The notes: generated by a model from the letters alone, not told the origin. DNA of 64,000 bases from Patescibacteria group bacterium (GCA_022563395.1 JADFNM010000001.1:526342-590341); one strand, 5' to 3'. Counted from the first letter of the stretch, positions 1-8,707 are shown. Numbers and translations are program-made.

Positions 1-2
1 CC

Positions 3-269
3 CTAACCGCTGATTTTCTGGAGGAGCTTGGTCAGGCGCGACTTCTTTCTGGCAGCAGTGTTCTTTTTGATGATTCCCCGCTTTGCTGCCTTGTCAATTG
101 CTTTGTAGAGTTTGGGGAGAAGTTTTACTGCCTCCTCTTTTTTTTGTGCACTGGCCAGTTTCTTTGTTTGCTTCACCAGGGCCTTCATGGCGTTCTTTCG
201 TTTTAAGTTTCTGATTTTCCCCCTTACATTCTGGCGCAGCGCCTTTTTCGCAGACTTTGTTATTGGCAT
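3..269 (-). CDS. rpsT: 30S ribosomal protein S20
   Basis: 88-aa K/R-rich ORF with N-terminus MPITKSAKKALRQ and a length typical of bS20. It starts 3 nt after the uvrB stop. Confidence 0.9.
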   Translation of the reverse strand: MPITKSAKKALRQNVRGKIRNLKRKNAMKALVKQTKKLASAQKKEEAVKLLPKLYKAIDKAAKRGIIKKNTAARKKSRLTKLLQKISG

Positions 270-272
270 ATT

Positions 273-2234
273 TTACAAGGTAGCATCTTTCCTCTCCTTT
301 ATCAAGTCCCGAATCTCGGCTGCACGTTCAAAGTCCAGATTCCCTGCAGCAATCTTCATTTCTTTTTTAAGGAGCTGAGGGTCATCAAGACCCGCAAATT
401 CTGCTGCAACTTCTTTTTCTTTTTGCCCAATCTTCCAGTCTCGAATTTCTTTTACGATAGGCAAAGGGGTTATGGCATGTTCTTTGTTGTATTTCTCTTG
501 GATGGCCCGCCTTCGTTTTACTTCCTGTATGGCATTTTTCATAGACAGAGTTGTTTTGTCTGCGTACAAGATGACCCTTCCTTCCTGGTGTCTTGCTGCT
601 CTTCCCATGGTTTGAATTAAGGTGGTCTCGTTTCTCAAAAACCCTTCTTTGTCTGCATCCAAAATGGCAACCAGGGCAACCTCTGGGAGATCAAGGCCTT
701 CTCTTAAAAGGTTAATGCCGACAATGGCGTCGAGCTCTCCCTTTCTCAAACTCTGAAGAAAGGCAGGACGCTCCAAGGTTTTTACTTCTGAGTGGAGCCA
801 TTGGATTTTGAGGCCCTGCTCTGCAAGGAAACTTGCGATTTCCTCTGCCAACCTCTTGGTTAAGGTGATAACCAGGGCGCGCTGTCCCTTTGCTTTTAAC
901 TCTTTTAATTCTTTGGTCAGGTCTTTAAGCTGGTTCTTGGTTTTTTTGATTTCAATCTCTGGTTCCAAGAGGCCGGTGGGGCGGATGAGCTGCTCCACAA
1001 TATATTCCTGGCCACCCTCCTTAATGGCGAGATCCTGTTCAAACTCTCCCGGGGTGGCAGAAACATGGATTCTCTGTTTTGTTTTGCCAAAGAATTCCTT
1101 GAAGTTTAAAGGCCGATTATCCACCGCAGAAGGAAGGCGAAACCCAAAGTTAATCAACGATTCTTTTCTTGCCCTGTCTCCCACCGACATGGCGCGCAGT
1201 TGGGACAGAGTAAGATGGCTTTCGTCTAAAAATACAAGGAAGTCATCTGCGAAGTAATCGAGCAAGGTGAAAGGAGGCTCTCCCGGGGCGCGAAACTCCA
1301 TGTGCCGAGAGTAGTTCTCAATGCCGTGGCAGTACCCGGTTTCCTCAATCATTTCCAGGTCATAGTTTGTCCGTTGCTCCAAACGTTGTGCTTCTAGGAG
1401 CTTGTTTTGTTTTTTTAGTTCGGCCAACCTGTCTTGCAGCTCTTTTCTAATATTCTGCATTGCAATCTTGAGCTTGTCTTCTGAAGTAATCCAGAACTTT
1501 GCAGGATAGAGCTGGTAGGTTCCCTCCCACGCTTGGTATACTGGATTGAGATGGTCTTCGGCGGTTACAATACTCTCTATGGTGTCGCCGCCAAACTCCA
1601 CCTTGAGGACTTCTTTTCCTGTAACCAAGAAAACTTCAACAACTGGGCCACGGACCCGGAACTTGCCTGGGGTAAAGTCAATATCGTTTCTCTCATACTG
1701 TAGGGTTGTTAAAGCAAAGAGAAACTCTTTTCTTTTGAACCTTTGCCCCTGCGCAATGCCCAAGGAAACTTTTTGGTATTCTTCTGGGTTTCCAATGTTG
1801 TAGATGCAAGAGACCGAGGCCACTACGATAGAGTCGCGGCGACCCAAGAGATCCTGTACTGTCTCGTGTCGCATGCGATCTAGGGTTTCGTTAATCTGTG
1901 CGTCTTTTTCAATGTAGGTGTCGGTCTGGGGGATATATGCCTCGGGCTGGTAATAGTCATAGTAGGAAACAAAGTAATGGACTGCATTGTTGGGGAAGAA
2001 CTCTTTGAATTCTTGGTAGAGCTGGGCAGCCAAGGTCTTGTTGGGGGAGATGATAAGGGCGGGTCTTTTTGTTTTTGCAATAACATTTGACATGGTAAAG
2101 GTTTTGCCACTTCCTGTTACGCCCAAAAGCACCTGGTTTTTAGCGCCAGACTTAAGGTTCTTTGCCAGCTTTGCTATGGCTTGCGGCTGGTCGCCGGTCG
2201 GACGGAATGTTGATTGTAGGTTAAACTGTTGCAT
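273..2234 (-). CDS. uvrB: Excinuclease ABC subunit B
   Basis: 653 aa. Walker A GVTGSGKTF, helicase motifs (LDESH, QTMGRAAR) and C-terminal UVR motif DFERAAEIRDLI. Confidence 0.95.
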   Translation of the reverse strand: MQQFNLQSTFRPTGDQPQAIAKLAKNLKSGAKNQVLLGVTGSGKTFTMSNVIAKTKRPALIISPNKTLAAQLYQEFKEFFPNNAVHYFVSYYDYYQPEAYIPQTDTYIEKDAQINETLDRMRHETVQDLLGRRDSIVVASVSCIYNIGNPEEYQKVSLGIAQGQRFKRKEFLFALTTLQYERNDIDFTPGKFRVRGPVVEVFLVTGKEVLKVEFGGDTIESIVTAEDHLNPVYQAWEGTYQLYPAKFWITSEDKLKIAMQNIRKELQDRLAELKKQNKLLEAQRLEQRTNYDLEMIEETGYCHGIENYSRHMEFRAPGEPPFTLLDYFADDFLVFLDESHLTLSQLRAMSVGDRARKESLINFGFRLPSAVDNRPLNFKEFFGKTKQRIHVSATPGEFEQDLAIKEGGQEYIVEQLIRPTGLLEPEIEIKKTKNQLKDLTKELKELKAKGQRALVITLTKRLAEEIASFLAEQGLKIQWLHSEVKTLERPAFLQSLRKGELDAIVGINLLREGLDLPEVALVAILDADKEGFLRNETTLIQTMGRAARHQEGRVILYADKTTLSMKNAIQEVKRRRAIQEKYNKEHAITPLPIVKEIRDWKIGQKEKEVAAEFAGLDDPQLLKKEMKIAAGNLDFERAAEIRDLIKERKDATL

Positions 2235-2244
2235 GAAAGAAGCT

Positions 2245-2290
2245 ATGGACGGTTTGCCTGCCCGCCGAAGCCCGAGGGCGAAGGCGGGAA
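2245..2290. repeat. F2 GC-rich repeat copy (uvrB/ruvA divergent spacer)
   Basis: Contains CCCGCC...GGCGGG hairpin arms. The 11-mer GCGAAGGCGGG at 2278-2288 is identical to 41886-41896 and 59039-59049. Confidence 0.6.
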
Positions 2291-2313
2291 ATTGGAAACT
2301 AACTGAAAATCCA

Positions 2314-2322
2314 TGCTAGAAT
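2314..2322 (+). promoter_or_regulatory. Extended -10 box TGcTAGAAT, 6 nt upstream of the ruvA ATG
   Basis: TGCTAGAAT, then agaacc, then ATG at 2329. No SD is present. Confidence 0.5.
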
Positions 2323-2328
2323 AGAACC

Positions 2329-2904
2329 ATGATTTCTTACCTTAAAGGAAAAGTCATAGCCCAAGGCCCAGATTATATCATAACAGAGACCGGGGGGGTA
2401 GGGTACAAGGTTTATATAGCAGAGAGCCGCCTTTCTTCTTACCCCGTGGGCAAGGAGACGGAGCTGTACTGTCATTTGCATATGAAACGAGAAGAAACCT
2501 TAGAGCTTTACGGCGTGGAGTCGCCTCAGGCGTTGGAAGTGTTTGAAACTCTAAACAATATTTCTGGTATTGGGCCAAAAGCTGCTTTGAACATTGCTTC
2601 CTTGGGTACCATGGAGCAGTTAAGGGGGGCAGTTGAAAAAGGGGATGCAAGCTATTTTGCCAAGGTTCATGGGATAGGGCAAAAAAGGATACAAAAGATT
2701 ATCCTGGAGCTTACCGGAAAGCTAAAAAGCCTGGACCAACAAAAGAATGGCAGACCAGAAGAAAAAGAGGCAGTAGATGCCTTGGTTGCTTTGGGATTTT
2801 CTCGGAAAAAGGCAAAGGAAGCGCTCTCTGAGATTTCTTCTGAAATCTCCCCTGTGGAAGAACGGGTGAAACAGGCCTTACGCCACATTCGCATATCTCC
2901 TTAA
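2329..2904 (+). CDS. ruvA: Holliday junction DNA helicase RuvA
   Basis: 191 aa with N-terminus MISYLKGKV and HhH motifs ISGIGPKAA and VHGIGQKRIQKI. The last codons and stop (ATA TCT CCT TAA) lie inside an R1 repeat flank. Confidence 0.9.
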   Translation: MISYLKGKVIAQGPDYIITETGGVGYKVYIAESRLSSYPVGKETELYCHLHMKREETLELYGVESPQALEVFETLNNISGIGPKAALNIASLGTMEQLRGAVEKGDASYFAKVHGIGQKRIQKIILELTGKLKSLDQQKNGRPEEKEAVDALVALGFSRKKAKEALSEISSEISPVEERVKQALRHIRISP

Positions 2905-2936
2905 TGAGATTAAGGATGCCTTAACGAGAGTAAGGA
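2893..2936. repeat. R1 repeat copy (two direct half-sites)
   Basis: ATATCTCC-TTAATGAGATTAAGGA-tgcc-TTAACGAGAGTAAGGA. It overlaps the ruvA stop codon. Confidence 0.7.
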
Positions 2937-2945
2937 TAGCTTTGC

Positions 2946-4229
2946 ATGCTGAATATTCTTAGAAAAGTTACCCCAAAGTTTCTCTTGAGCTGGTACCATT
3001 TTGTGTGGGCGTTAGCCGGGGCTTTGGTGTTCCGCTTTCCTGCCCGTGGCATGGTTGTTATTGGTGTGACAGGAACCAATGGGAAGTCTACCACTGTGGA
3101 CATGATTTCCCGTATTTTTAAGGAAGCTGGTTTAAACAGCGCCTCCATGTCTTCGGTTCGTTTTCAACTGAAAGATACAGAGTGGCGAAATACCATGAAA
3201 ATGACCATGCCAGGGCGTTTTGTCATCCAACAGTTCTTGCGCCAGGCAAAGACTAAGGGATGCACTCACGTGGTTTTAGAAGTGACGTCAGAAGGAATGC
3301 TCCAACATCGCCACCGCTTCATACCCTTTCACACCGCCGTCTTTACCAATCTTTCGCCAGAACACATTGAACGTCATGGTTCTTTTGAAAACTACAAGAA
3401 AACAAAAGGCAAGCTCTTTTCTCTTGCACAGGGAGTGCATGTTATCAATATAGATGATAAGCATACCCCATTCTTTCTTAAGTTCCCCGCACAAGAGATA
3501 TATACCTATGGCATATATCCTAAACGAGATTTAGGAATTCCTAAATCTCGTTTGAGCACCACACATATTCAAGGAGAAGATGTGAGAGAAAATGGGGGGC
3601 TGGATTTTAAAGCGCTGGGAACTAAATTTCATTTAGGACTTCTTGGTAGGTTTAATGTGTACAATGCTTTAGCTGCAATTGCAGTGGCACGATCTCAGGG
3701 AATCTCTCTTAAAGTTTGCAAAAATGCCCTAGAGAAAATGCAGGTGGTTCCAGGAAGAATGGAAGAAGTGATTTCTTCCCCCTTTCGGGTGGTGGTAGAT
3801 TACGCCTTTACCCCGGCTGCCTTAGAAAAAGTATACGAAACGCTTAAGCCCGCTTCTGGAAAGTTGCTCTGTGTTTTGGGAGCAGCCGGCGGAGGACGGG
3901 ATGCTTGGAAACGCCCTATCTTGGGTAAGATTGCATTGCAACATTGCAACACAGTCATCGTAACAGATGAGGATCCGTATGAAGAAAACCCAGAGAAAAT
4001 CATGGATGAGGTGATTGCGGGGGCCAAGGGAGAAGCAGAGAAGGTGCAAGATAGAAGGCAAGCTGTTGCAAAGGCATTGAGCATGGCACAAGCGGGAGAC
4101 ACCGTTGTTATTACCGGAAAAGGGTCTGAGGATTCCATGGCAGTTAAGGGAGGAAAGAAAATTCCTTGGGATGATAGAGAAGTGGTTAAAGAGGAGTGGA
4201 CGAAACTCAAAGAACGTGGTACGCTTTGA
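2946..4229 (+). CDS. Mur ligase family protein (MurE-like, short, TM-anchored)
   Basis: 427 aa. N-terminal hydrophobic helix, then P-loop GVTGTNGKSTT and a C-terminal Mur ligase domain (VITGKGSE). It lacks the N-terminal UDP-binding domain of canonical MurE. Confidence 0.75.
   Translation: MLNILRKVTPKFLLSWYHFVWALAGALVFRFPARGMVVIGVTGTNGKSTTVDMISRIFKEAGLNSASMSSVRFQLKDTEWRNTMKMTMPGRFVIQQFLRQAKTKGCTHVVLEVTSEGMLQHRHRFIPFHTAVFTNLSPEHIERHGSFENYKKTKGKLFSLAQGVHVINIDDKHTPFFLKFPAQEIYTYGIYPKRDLGIPKSRLSTTHIQGEDVRENGGLDFKALGTKFHLGLLGRFNVYNALAAIAVARSQGISLKVCKNALEKMQVVPGRMEEVISSPFRVVVDYAFTPAALEKVYETLKPASGKLLCVLGAAGGGRDAWKRPILGKIALQHCNTVIVTDEDPYEENPEKIMDEVIAGAKGEAEKVQDRRQAVAKALSMAQAGDTVVITGKGSEDSMAVKGGKKIPWDDREVVKEEWTKLKERGTL
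3519..3556. repeat. R1 repeat copy, in frame within the Mur ligase gene
   Basis: CCTAAACGAGATTTAGGAATTCCTAAATCTCGTTTGAG is translated as PKRDLGIPKSRLS. The left flank GCATATATCC resembles the common GCATATCTCC flank. Confidence 0.85.
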
Positions 4230-4273
4230 AGGTATTATTATGCGAGAAATGATAATATTTGCCGCATTTTTCT

Positions 4274-4504
4274 ATGACAAAACCTCTCTTTTCAAAGAGC
4301 ATACGAAAGCATATTCGTTTTCAGAAGGCCCATATTCGGAGGGAGATTTTGGATTTTAAAAAGCAGCAAGAGCTTATACAAGAACTCTATCAGAGATTTG
4401 TTAGGAAACCCGAGAAGAAGGAAGAAAAGGTAAAAGAAGAACCCGCCTCATCGGCGGGGGTGCAAAAGAGGCGCAAAAAAGAAGCAGAAGCTGTTGTAAA
4501 ATGA
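4274..4504 (+). CDS. Hypothetical small basic protein
   Basis: 76-aa K/E/R-rich ORF whose stop overlaps the next gene start (ATGA). No recognisable domain. It contains the mini hairpin CCCGCC-N5-GGCGGG at 4441-4457. Confidence 0.3.
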   Translation: MTKPLFSKSIRKHIRFQKAHIRREILDFKKQQELIQELYQRFVRKPEKKEEKVKEEPASSAGVQKRRKKEAEAVVK

Positions 4505-5436
4505 AAATACAAGACATCTACAATAAAGCTATTCAAATGGGCATAGACGCTGACTTTCGCAGCAATGAGTACGTTGCTAAGCTTTTAGAAAGAAAAAAGC
4601 AGAAGTTTGAAAAGCTTTCTGACAAAGAAAAAGAAGAGTTTGACCGAGAGTCCTTAGCCAACCCCTATTCTGACACCAGAGTTTTACATATTGCAGACGA
4701 TAAGGAGATAAAGAAAGTTCTTGTCGGCATTGATATTGATGTAGCTGAACTTCTTTTAGCAAAAAAGTTGGGAGATATTGACCTTGTTATTTCGCACCAT
4801 CCAATGGGTAGGGCTCTATCTGATATGCATGAAGTAATGGAGCTTCAGGCAGATGTGTTTAACCAGTATGGAGTGCCTATTAATGTTGGTGAAGCTTTAA
4901 CGCGAGAAAGGATTGGAGAAGTTGAAAGAGGATTTAATCCGAGGAATAATTGGCGCGTTATTGACGCAGCAAAACTTCTAGGAATTAACCTTATATGCCT
5001 CCATACTGTTGCAGATAATATTTCTGCAAAGGTTGTGAGAGACAAGCTAGCTAAAAGCAATCCAGAACGTATAGAGGACTTGATGGGGGCCCTTGGAGAA
5101 ATTGGAGAATATAAAGAAGCAATATCGCGAGGAGTAGGTCCGAGGATTTTTGTCGGTAGCTCAGAAAACCGTTGTGGTAAGATTTTAGTTGAAATGACAG
5201 GTGGCACGGAACCTTCCCCAAAGGTGTTTGAAAAGATAGCGAGCGCTGGCATTGGCACCATTGTAGGCATGCATATCGCAGAAGAAGGGAAAAAAGAAGC
5301 TGAAGCAGTTTACCTCAATGTAGTTATTGCGGGGCACATGTCTTCTGATTCTATTGGAATGAATCTAATTTTAGATGAAATGCAAAAGCAGGGAGTTGAG
5401 ATTGTGTCTTGCGGAGGACTTTTTAGTGTTTCTTGA
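4501..5436 (+). CDS. NIF3 (NGG1p-interacting factor 3)/YbgI family dinuclear metal centre protein
   Basis: 311 aa. Motif DLVISHHP near the N-terminal third and AGHMSSDS near the C-terminus, as in the NIF3 family. Confidence 0.65.
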   Translation: MKIQDIYNKAIQMGIDADFRSNEYVAKLLERKKQKFEKLSDKEKEEFDRESLANPYSDTRVLHIADDKEIKKVLVGIDIDVAELLLAKKLGDIDLVISHHPMGRALSDMHEVMELQADVFNQYGVPINVGEALTRERIGEVERGFNPRNNWRVIDAAKLLGINLICLHTVADNISAKVVRDKLAKSNPERIEDLMGALGEIGEYKEAISRGVGPRIFVGSSENRCGKILVEMTGGTEPSPKVFEKIASAGIGTIVGMHIAEEGKKEAEAVYLNVVIAGHMSSDSIGMNLILDEMQKQGVEIVSCGGLFSVS

Positions 5437-5445
5437 GCGAAGTAA

Positions 5446-5520
5446 GCTCTCGTAGTTTAACGGATAGAACGCGGGCCTCCGGAGTTCGCGATACAGGTTC
5501 AATTCCTGTCGAGAGCACCA
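5446..5520 (+). tRNA. tRNA-Arg (anticodon CCG), encoded CCA
   Basis: Cloverleaf by hand: acceptor GCTCTCG/CGAGAGC, D stem GTTT/GAAC, anticodon stem CGGGC/GTTCG with loop CT-CCG-GA, T arm ACAGG-TTCAATT-CCTGT, discriminator A plus CCA. Confidence 0.9.
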
Positions 5521-5551
5521 TTGATGTTTCGTTTTTCCTTCTTTCCTGGTG

Positions 5552-5560
5552 TGGTATAAT
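5552..5560 (+). promoter_or_regulatory. Extended -10 box TGgTATAAT, 8 nt upstream of ATG 5569
   Basis: TGGTATAAT, then tggagtat, then ATG. No SD is present. Confidence 0.5.
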
Positions 5561-5568
5561 TGGAGTAT

Positions 5569-5985
5569 ATGAAAAAGAAAACAACAAGGGCAAAAAAGTC
5601 TACCAAAGTTGCCTCAACGGTGACCCGCCGAAGAGGCGGGAAGGTGGCGCCAAAGAAAAAGAAAAATCTAGGCCCGGGGCGCTCTTCGACCTCTCGCCGC
5701 GGAGGGCTCAAGGCACGCGCCCGCGAGAGACAAGCAGTTGTCTCTCGCCCCATCGGCAGGGTTTCTCATTATTTTGACAACATCAAGGTGGCAGCCATAA
5801 AACTCAAGGCCCCCCTAAAGAAAGGAGACACCATTCGTATTGAAGGGGGGACTACCCTGGTAAAAGTAAAGATTTCTTCAATGCAAAAGAACCACAAGCC
5901 CGTGGCCTCTGCCAAGGCCAGAGACGAGATTGGCATTAAGGTTTCAAAGAAAGTCCGTGAGGGGTACCGCGTCTTTAAGGTGTAA
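5569..5985 (+). CDS. Hypothetical protein, basic N-terminus plus C-terminal small beta-barrel (EF-Tu domain 2-like)
   Basis: 138 aa from the ATG. The C-terminal segment IGRVSHYFDNIKVAAIKLKAPLKKGDTIRIEG...GIKV..VREGYRVFKV resembles translation-factor-like barrel proteins. A GC-rich stretch with an 11-bp perfect hairpin (GCGAGAGACAA/TTGTCTCTCGC) lies in the N-terminal part. Confidence 0.55.
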   Translation: MKKKTTRAKKSTKVASTVTRRRGGKVAPKKKKNLGPGRSSTSRRGGLKARARERQAVVSRPIGRVSHYFDNIKVAAIKLKAPLKKGDTIRIEGGTTLVKVKISSMQKNHKPVASAKARDEIGIKVSKKVREGYRVFKV

Positions 5986-5986
5986 C

Positions 5987-6024
5987 TAAATCTCATTTAG
6001 TTGTTAACAACTAAATGAGATTTA
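5987..6024. repeat. R1 repeat copy (perfect 38-bp palindrome)
   Basis: CTAAATCTCATTTAGTTGT|TAACAACTAAATGAGATTTA(A)G has 19-bp perfect arms around GTTAAC. It lies between the stop at 5985 and the GTG start at 6031. Confidence 0.9.
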
Positions 6025-6030
6025 AGCAAC

Positions 6031-7176
6031 GTGAATCATTCTTTTGTTCTGGCGCTCTCTGTCCTGATGGGCACGATTATTGGAGCTGGTATTTTTGCTA
6101 TCCCTTTTGTGGTGGCAAAGAGCGGGTTTTTGCCCGCTATTTTTTATTTCCTTGTTTTGGGGGGAGCTGTTATGTTGTTGCACCTGTTCTTTGGGGAGGT
6201 TGTTTTAAGAACAGAGAAGAAAGCACGGCTTATTGGGTATTGCGCGACCTATCTTGGAAAACCAGGAAAGATTGCAGCTGTTTTTTCTACCCTTTTTGGC
6301 ATTGTTGGAGCTTTGCTTGCTTATACCATTATAGGGGGAAGCTTTTTGCACATTTTGTTCGGTGAGTTTTCTGGCATTTCTACAACTTGGTTTTCTATTC
6401 TGCTTTGGGCATTCCTATCGTTGTTTATCCTGCGTGGCATTCAGCTCATTGCCCGGGCTGAATTTTTCATGAACATTGCATTGTTTGCTGCGGTCTTTCT
6501 CATCTTTTTCTTTGCTGCTCCTCATGTAAAGTTAGAGAACTTTTCTCTCATTAACACAAGCAACCTCTTTTTGCCCTACGGCGTCATTTTGTTTGCTTTG
6601 GCTGGATGGACTGCCATTCCTGAGATTGCAGATTTCTTCAAGAGCAGCCGCGACAAGAGAACCTTAGACAACCTCATTGTCTGGGCTGGCATTATTACCA
6701 CCCTGCTCTTTCTTCTGTTTGCCTTCTTTGTGGTGGGAGTTTCAGGAGCGGCGACTTCTCCCGATGCCTTGCAAGGATTAATTCCTTTCTTGGGCAAGGG
6801 GGTGGTTGCCTTGGGAGCTGTGTTTGGGCTGGTTGCCATCGCAGCTTCCTTCTTGGTTTTGGGTAACTACCTAAAAAACTCTTTGCGATACGATTTTCGT
6901 CTTCCGTACCGTGTTGCAGCTGGCATTGCAATCTTTTTCCCCATAGTTTTGTTCTTGCTTGGGTTCCGAGAGTTCATTGTGGTGTTGGGTTTGGTGGGGA
7001 TTGTCATTGGGATAATTGAAGGGACTCTTATTGTATTGGTATACCACAAGGCAAAGCGCATGGGAGACAGGGCTCCCGAGTATAGTTTGCGCCTTCCCCG
7101 AGTTCTTCCCTACCTTGTTTTGTTTATCATTGTAGGGGGAGCCATGGCCGAACTCTTTTTCTCCTATGTTAGATAA
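6031..7176 (+). CDS. Amino acid permease (Trp/Tyr/Ser-type transporter family)
   Basis: 381 aa with about 11 hydrophobic segments. N-terminus LSVLMGTIIGAGIFAIPF is typical of amino acid/H+ symporters. GTG start. Confidence 0.65.
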   Translation: MNHSFVLALSVLMGTIIGAGIFAIPFVVAKSGFLPAIFYFLVLGGAVMLLHLFFGEVVLRTEKKARLIGYCATYLGKPGKIAAVFSTLFGIVGALLAYTIIGGSFLHILFGEFSGISTTWFSILLWAFLSLFILRGIQLIARAEFFMNIALFAAVFLIFFFAAPHVKLENFSLINTSNLFLPYGVILFALAGWTAIPEIADFFKSSRDKRTLDNLIVWAGIITTLLFLLFAFFVVGVSGAATSPDALQGLIPFLGKGVVALGAVFGLVAIAASFLVLGNYLKNSLRYDFRLPYRVAAGIAIFFPIVLFLLGFREFIVVLGLVGIVIGIIEGTLIVLVYHKAKRMGDRAPEYSLRLPRVLPYLVLFIIVGGAMAELFFSYVR

Positions 7177-7456
7177 CAAAAGAGTTCACCTCTTGATTTC
7201 AGGAAGGGTGCAGGGAGTATTATTTCGCCAGCATGCCAGAACAAAGGCGTTAGAGCTTGGTTTAGCGGGCTTTGCAAAGAATCTTATTGACGGCAAAGTG
7301 GAGATTATTGTTGAAGGCCCAAAAGGAAAAGTGGAGGAGTTTGTAGAGTGGGCAAAGAGCGGACCTTTACTCGCCAGGGTGGACAATGTGGAAATGGCAG
7401 AAGAGGAATATACCGGGGAGTTTGAGGATTTTGTTGTGCGTGAGTTTGGCTTTTAA
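7166..7456 (+). CDS. acyP: Acylphosphatase
   Basis: 96 aa with the signature ISGRVQGVLFR and the GFAKNL..G.VEI..EG pattern. Confidence 0.85.
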   Translation: MLDNKRVHLLISGRVQGVLFRQHARTKALELGLAGFAKNLIDGKVEIIVEGPKGKVEEFVEWAKSGPLLARVDNVEMAEEEYTGEFEDFVVREFGF

Positions 7457-7472
7457 CCAGAGAAACGCAGTT

Positions 7473-7513
7473 CTCCTAAATGAAATTAAAGAATCCTTAA
7501 TTTCATTTAGGAG
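7473..7513. repeat. R1 repeat copy
   Basis: CTCCTAAATGAAATTAAAGAATCCTTAATTTCATTTAGGAG has 17 perfect outer base pairs. It lies between the convergent acyP and pyrD genes. Confidence 0.9.
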
Positions 7514-7526
7514 GTATTGGCATAAA

Positions 7527-7568
7527 AAAAGAAGAGGGACGTGTTCTTATGGGAACATCCCTCTTTTC
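7527..7568. terminator. Bidirectional intrinsic terminator (acyP / pyrD)
   Basis: Stem GAAGAGGGACGTGTTC / GAACATCCCTCTT, preceded by an A-run and followed by TTTTCGTT. It is U-tailed on both strands. Confidence 0.7.
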
Positions 7569-7576
7569 GTTGCGCC

Positions 7577-8644
7577 CTAAAGACTCGGCGACGCGATTCT
7601 AGAAGGAGCAAACTTTACTCCCCGTGCTATCTTTCGCGGAAGGGAGGGCCCTTCGTAGATCAGCCCTGTGTAGAGTTGCACGAGGTCAGCTCCCGCAACT
7701 TCTATCATGCGTCGGGCATCGTCAATAGTGAAGATGCCCCCAACGCCAATGATGAGAAGATTGGGAGCTTGTCTCCGTACATGGCGCACTACCGAGAGTG
7801 CCTTGTCTGTGAGAGGTCTCCCGCTCAAGCCACCAGAAACGTCGGTTGGAGAACTGAGCCCTTCCCTGCTCAGGGTGGTATTGGTTGCGATTATTCCTGG
7901 AACGCTCTCATCCGCACACACCTGGAGCACATCGTCTATGGCATCTGGCGTGAGGTCAGGGGCAATCTTGACGAGCAAGGGCTTTGGCTGTTGTCCTTGC
8001 GCCAAGGCAATCAACTTCGCTTGGAGGGCTTTAAGGAGTGTTGAGAGCTGTTCTTTGCCCTGGAGTCCTCTTAAGCCCGGGGTGTTCGGAGAGCTGACGT
8101 TTAAAGCGAAGTAATCCCCGAACTGGTGGAGCAGCAGAAGCGAGTAGAGGTGGTCTTCGATAACTGCCCCCAGGTCTTCTGGGTCCACCACCTTTGACTT
8201 GCCCAAGCTGATGCCTATGGGAATGAGTGGTTTTCCCGAGCGAGACAAGGTTTGCATCATCTTTGCTGCTCCATGGTTGTTGAATCCCATGGCATTGATG
8301 AGTGCCTCGTCTTTCGGGAATCTAAAGATGCGTGGCCTCGGGTTCCCCGCCTGCTCCTTTGCAGTTACGGTGCCAACTTCCAAAAACCCAAACCCAAGAG
8401 CTGAGAGCGCCCATATGGCACGGGCGTCTTTGTCAAGACCCGCTGCCAGGCCCACGCGGTTCGGGAAGCGAATCCCGAGCAGCTCAACAGGGTCATCTAC
8501 CCTGAGGAAGTTTCCTACGGCCTGGGAGAGCACATGTGGCGTCCCAAGGTAGTGAAGCAGGGTGATGACCAGCTTGTGTGCCCTCTCTGCATCTCCTGTT
8601 GAGAGCGCAAATAGGAGCGGCCGGATCAGTAATTTGTACAGCAT
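7577..8644 (-). CDS. pyrD: Dihydroorotate dehydrogenase (quinone), class 2
   Basis: 355 aa with N-terminal membrane-association helix MLYKLLIRPLLF. Motifs GLAAGLDK, GF.EVGT, NVSSPNTPGLR and IIGVGGI. GC-rich, and preceded by the SD GAGAGGAGAG. Confidence 0.9.
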   Translation of the reverse strand: MLYKLLIRPLLFALSTGDAERAHKLVITLLHYLGTPHVLSQAVGNFLRVDDPVELLGIRFPNRVGLAAGLDKDARAIWALSALGFGFLEVGTVTAKEQAGNPRPRIFRFPKDEALINAMGFNNHGAAKMMQTLSRSGKPLIPIGISLGKSKVVDPEDLGAVIEDHLYSLLLLHQFGDYFALNVSSPNTPGLRGLQGKEQLSTLLKALQAKLIALAQGQQPKPLLVKIAPDLTPDAIDDVLQVCADESVPGIIATNTTLSREGLSSPTDVSGGLSGRPLTDKALSVVRHVRRQAPNLLIIGVGGIFTIDDARRMIEVAGADLVQLYTGLIYEGPSLPRKIARGVKFAPSRIASPSL

Positions 8645-8707
8645 GACTCTCCTCTCTATAGTTTTCAGGGTGCTTACTCTGTGATGGAGTTCTAGCAGGC
8701 GGCAAGG

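Noticed and set aside
5437-5560. Integration hotspot or genomic island next to tRNA-Arg (and likewise tRNA-Leu at 57874)
   Set aside because: There is no integrase, no direct repeat of the tRNA 3' end and no phage or plasmid genes nearby. The flanking genes are ordinary.
7541-8552. Plus-strand ORFs of 167, 135 and 117 aa (7541-8044, 7707-8114, 8199-8552)
   Set aside because: All lie antisense to pyrD, which has clear DHODH motifs. The sequences are Arg/Ser/Pro-rich with no motifs.
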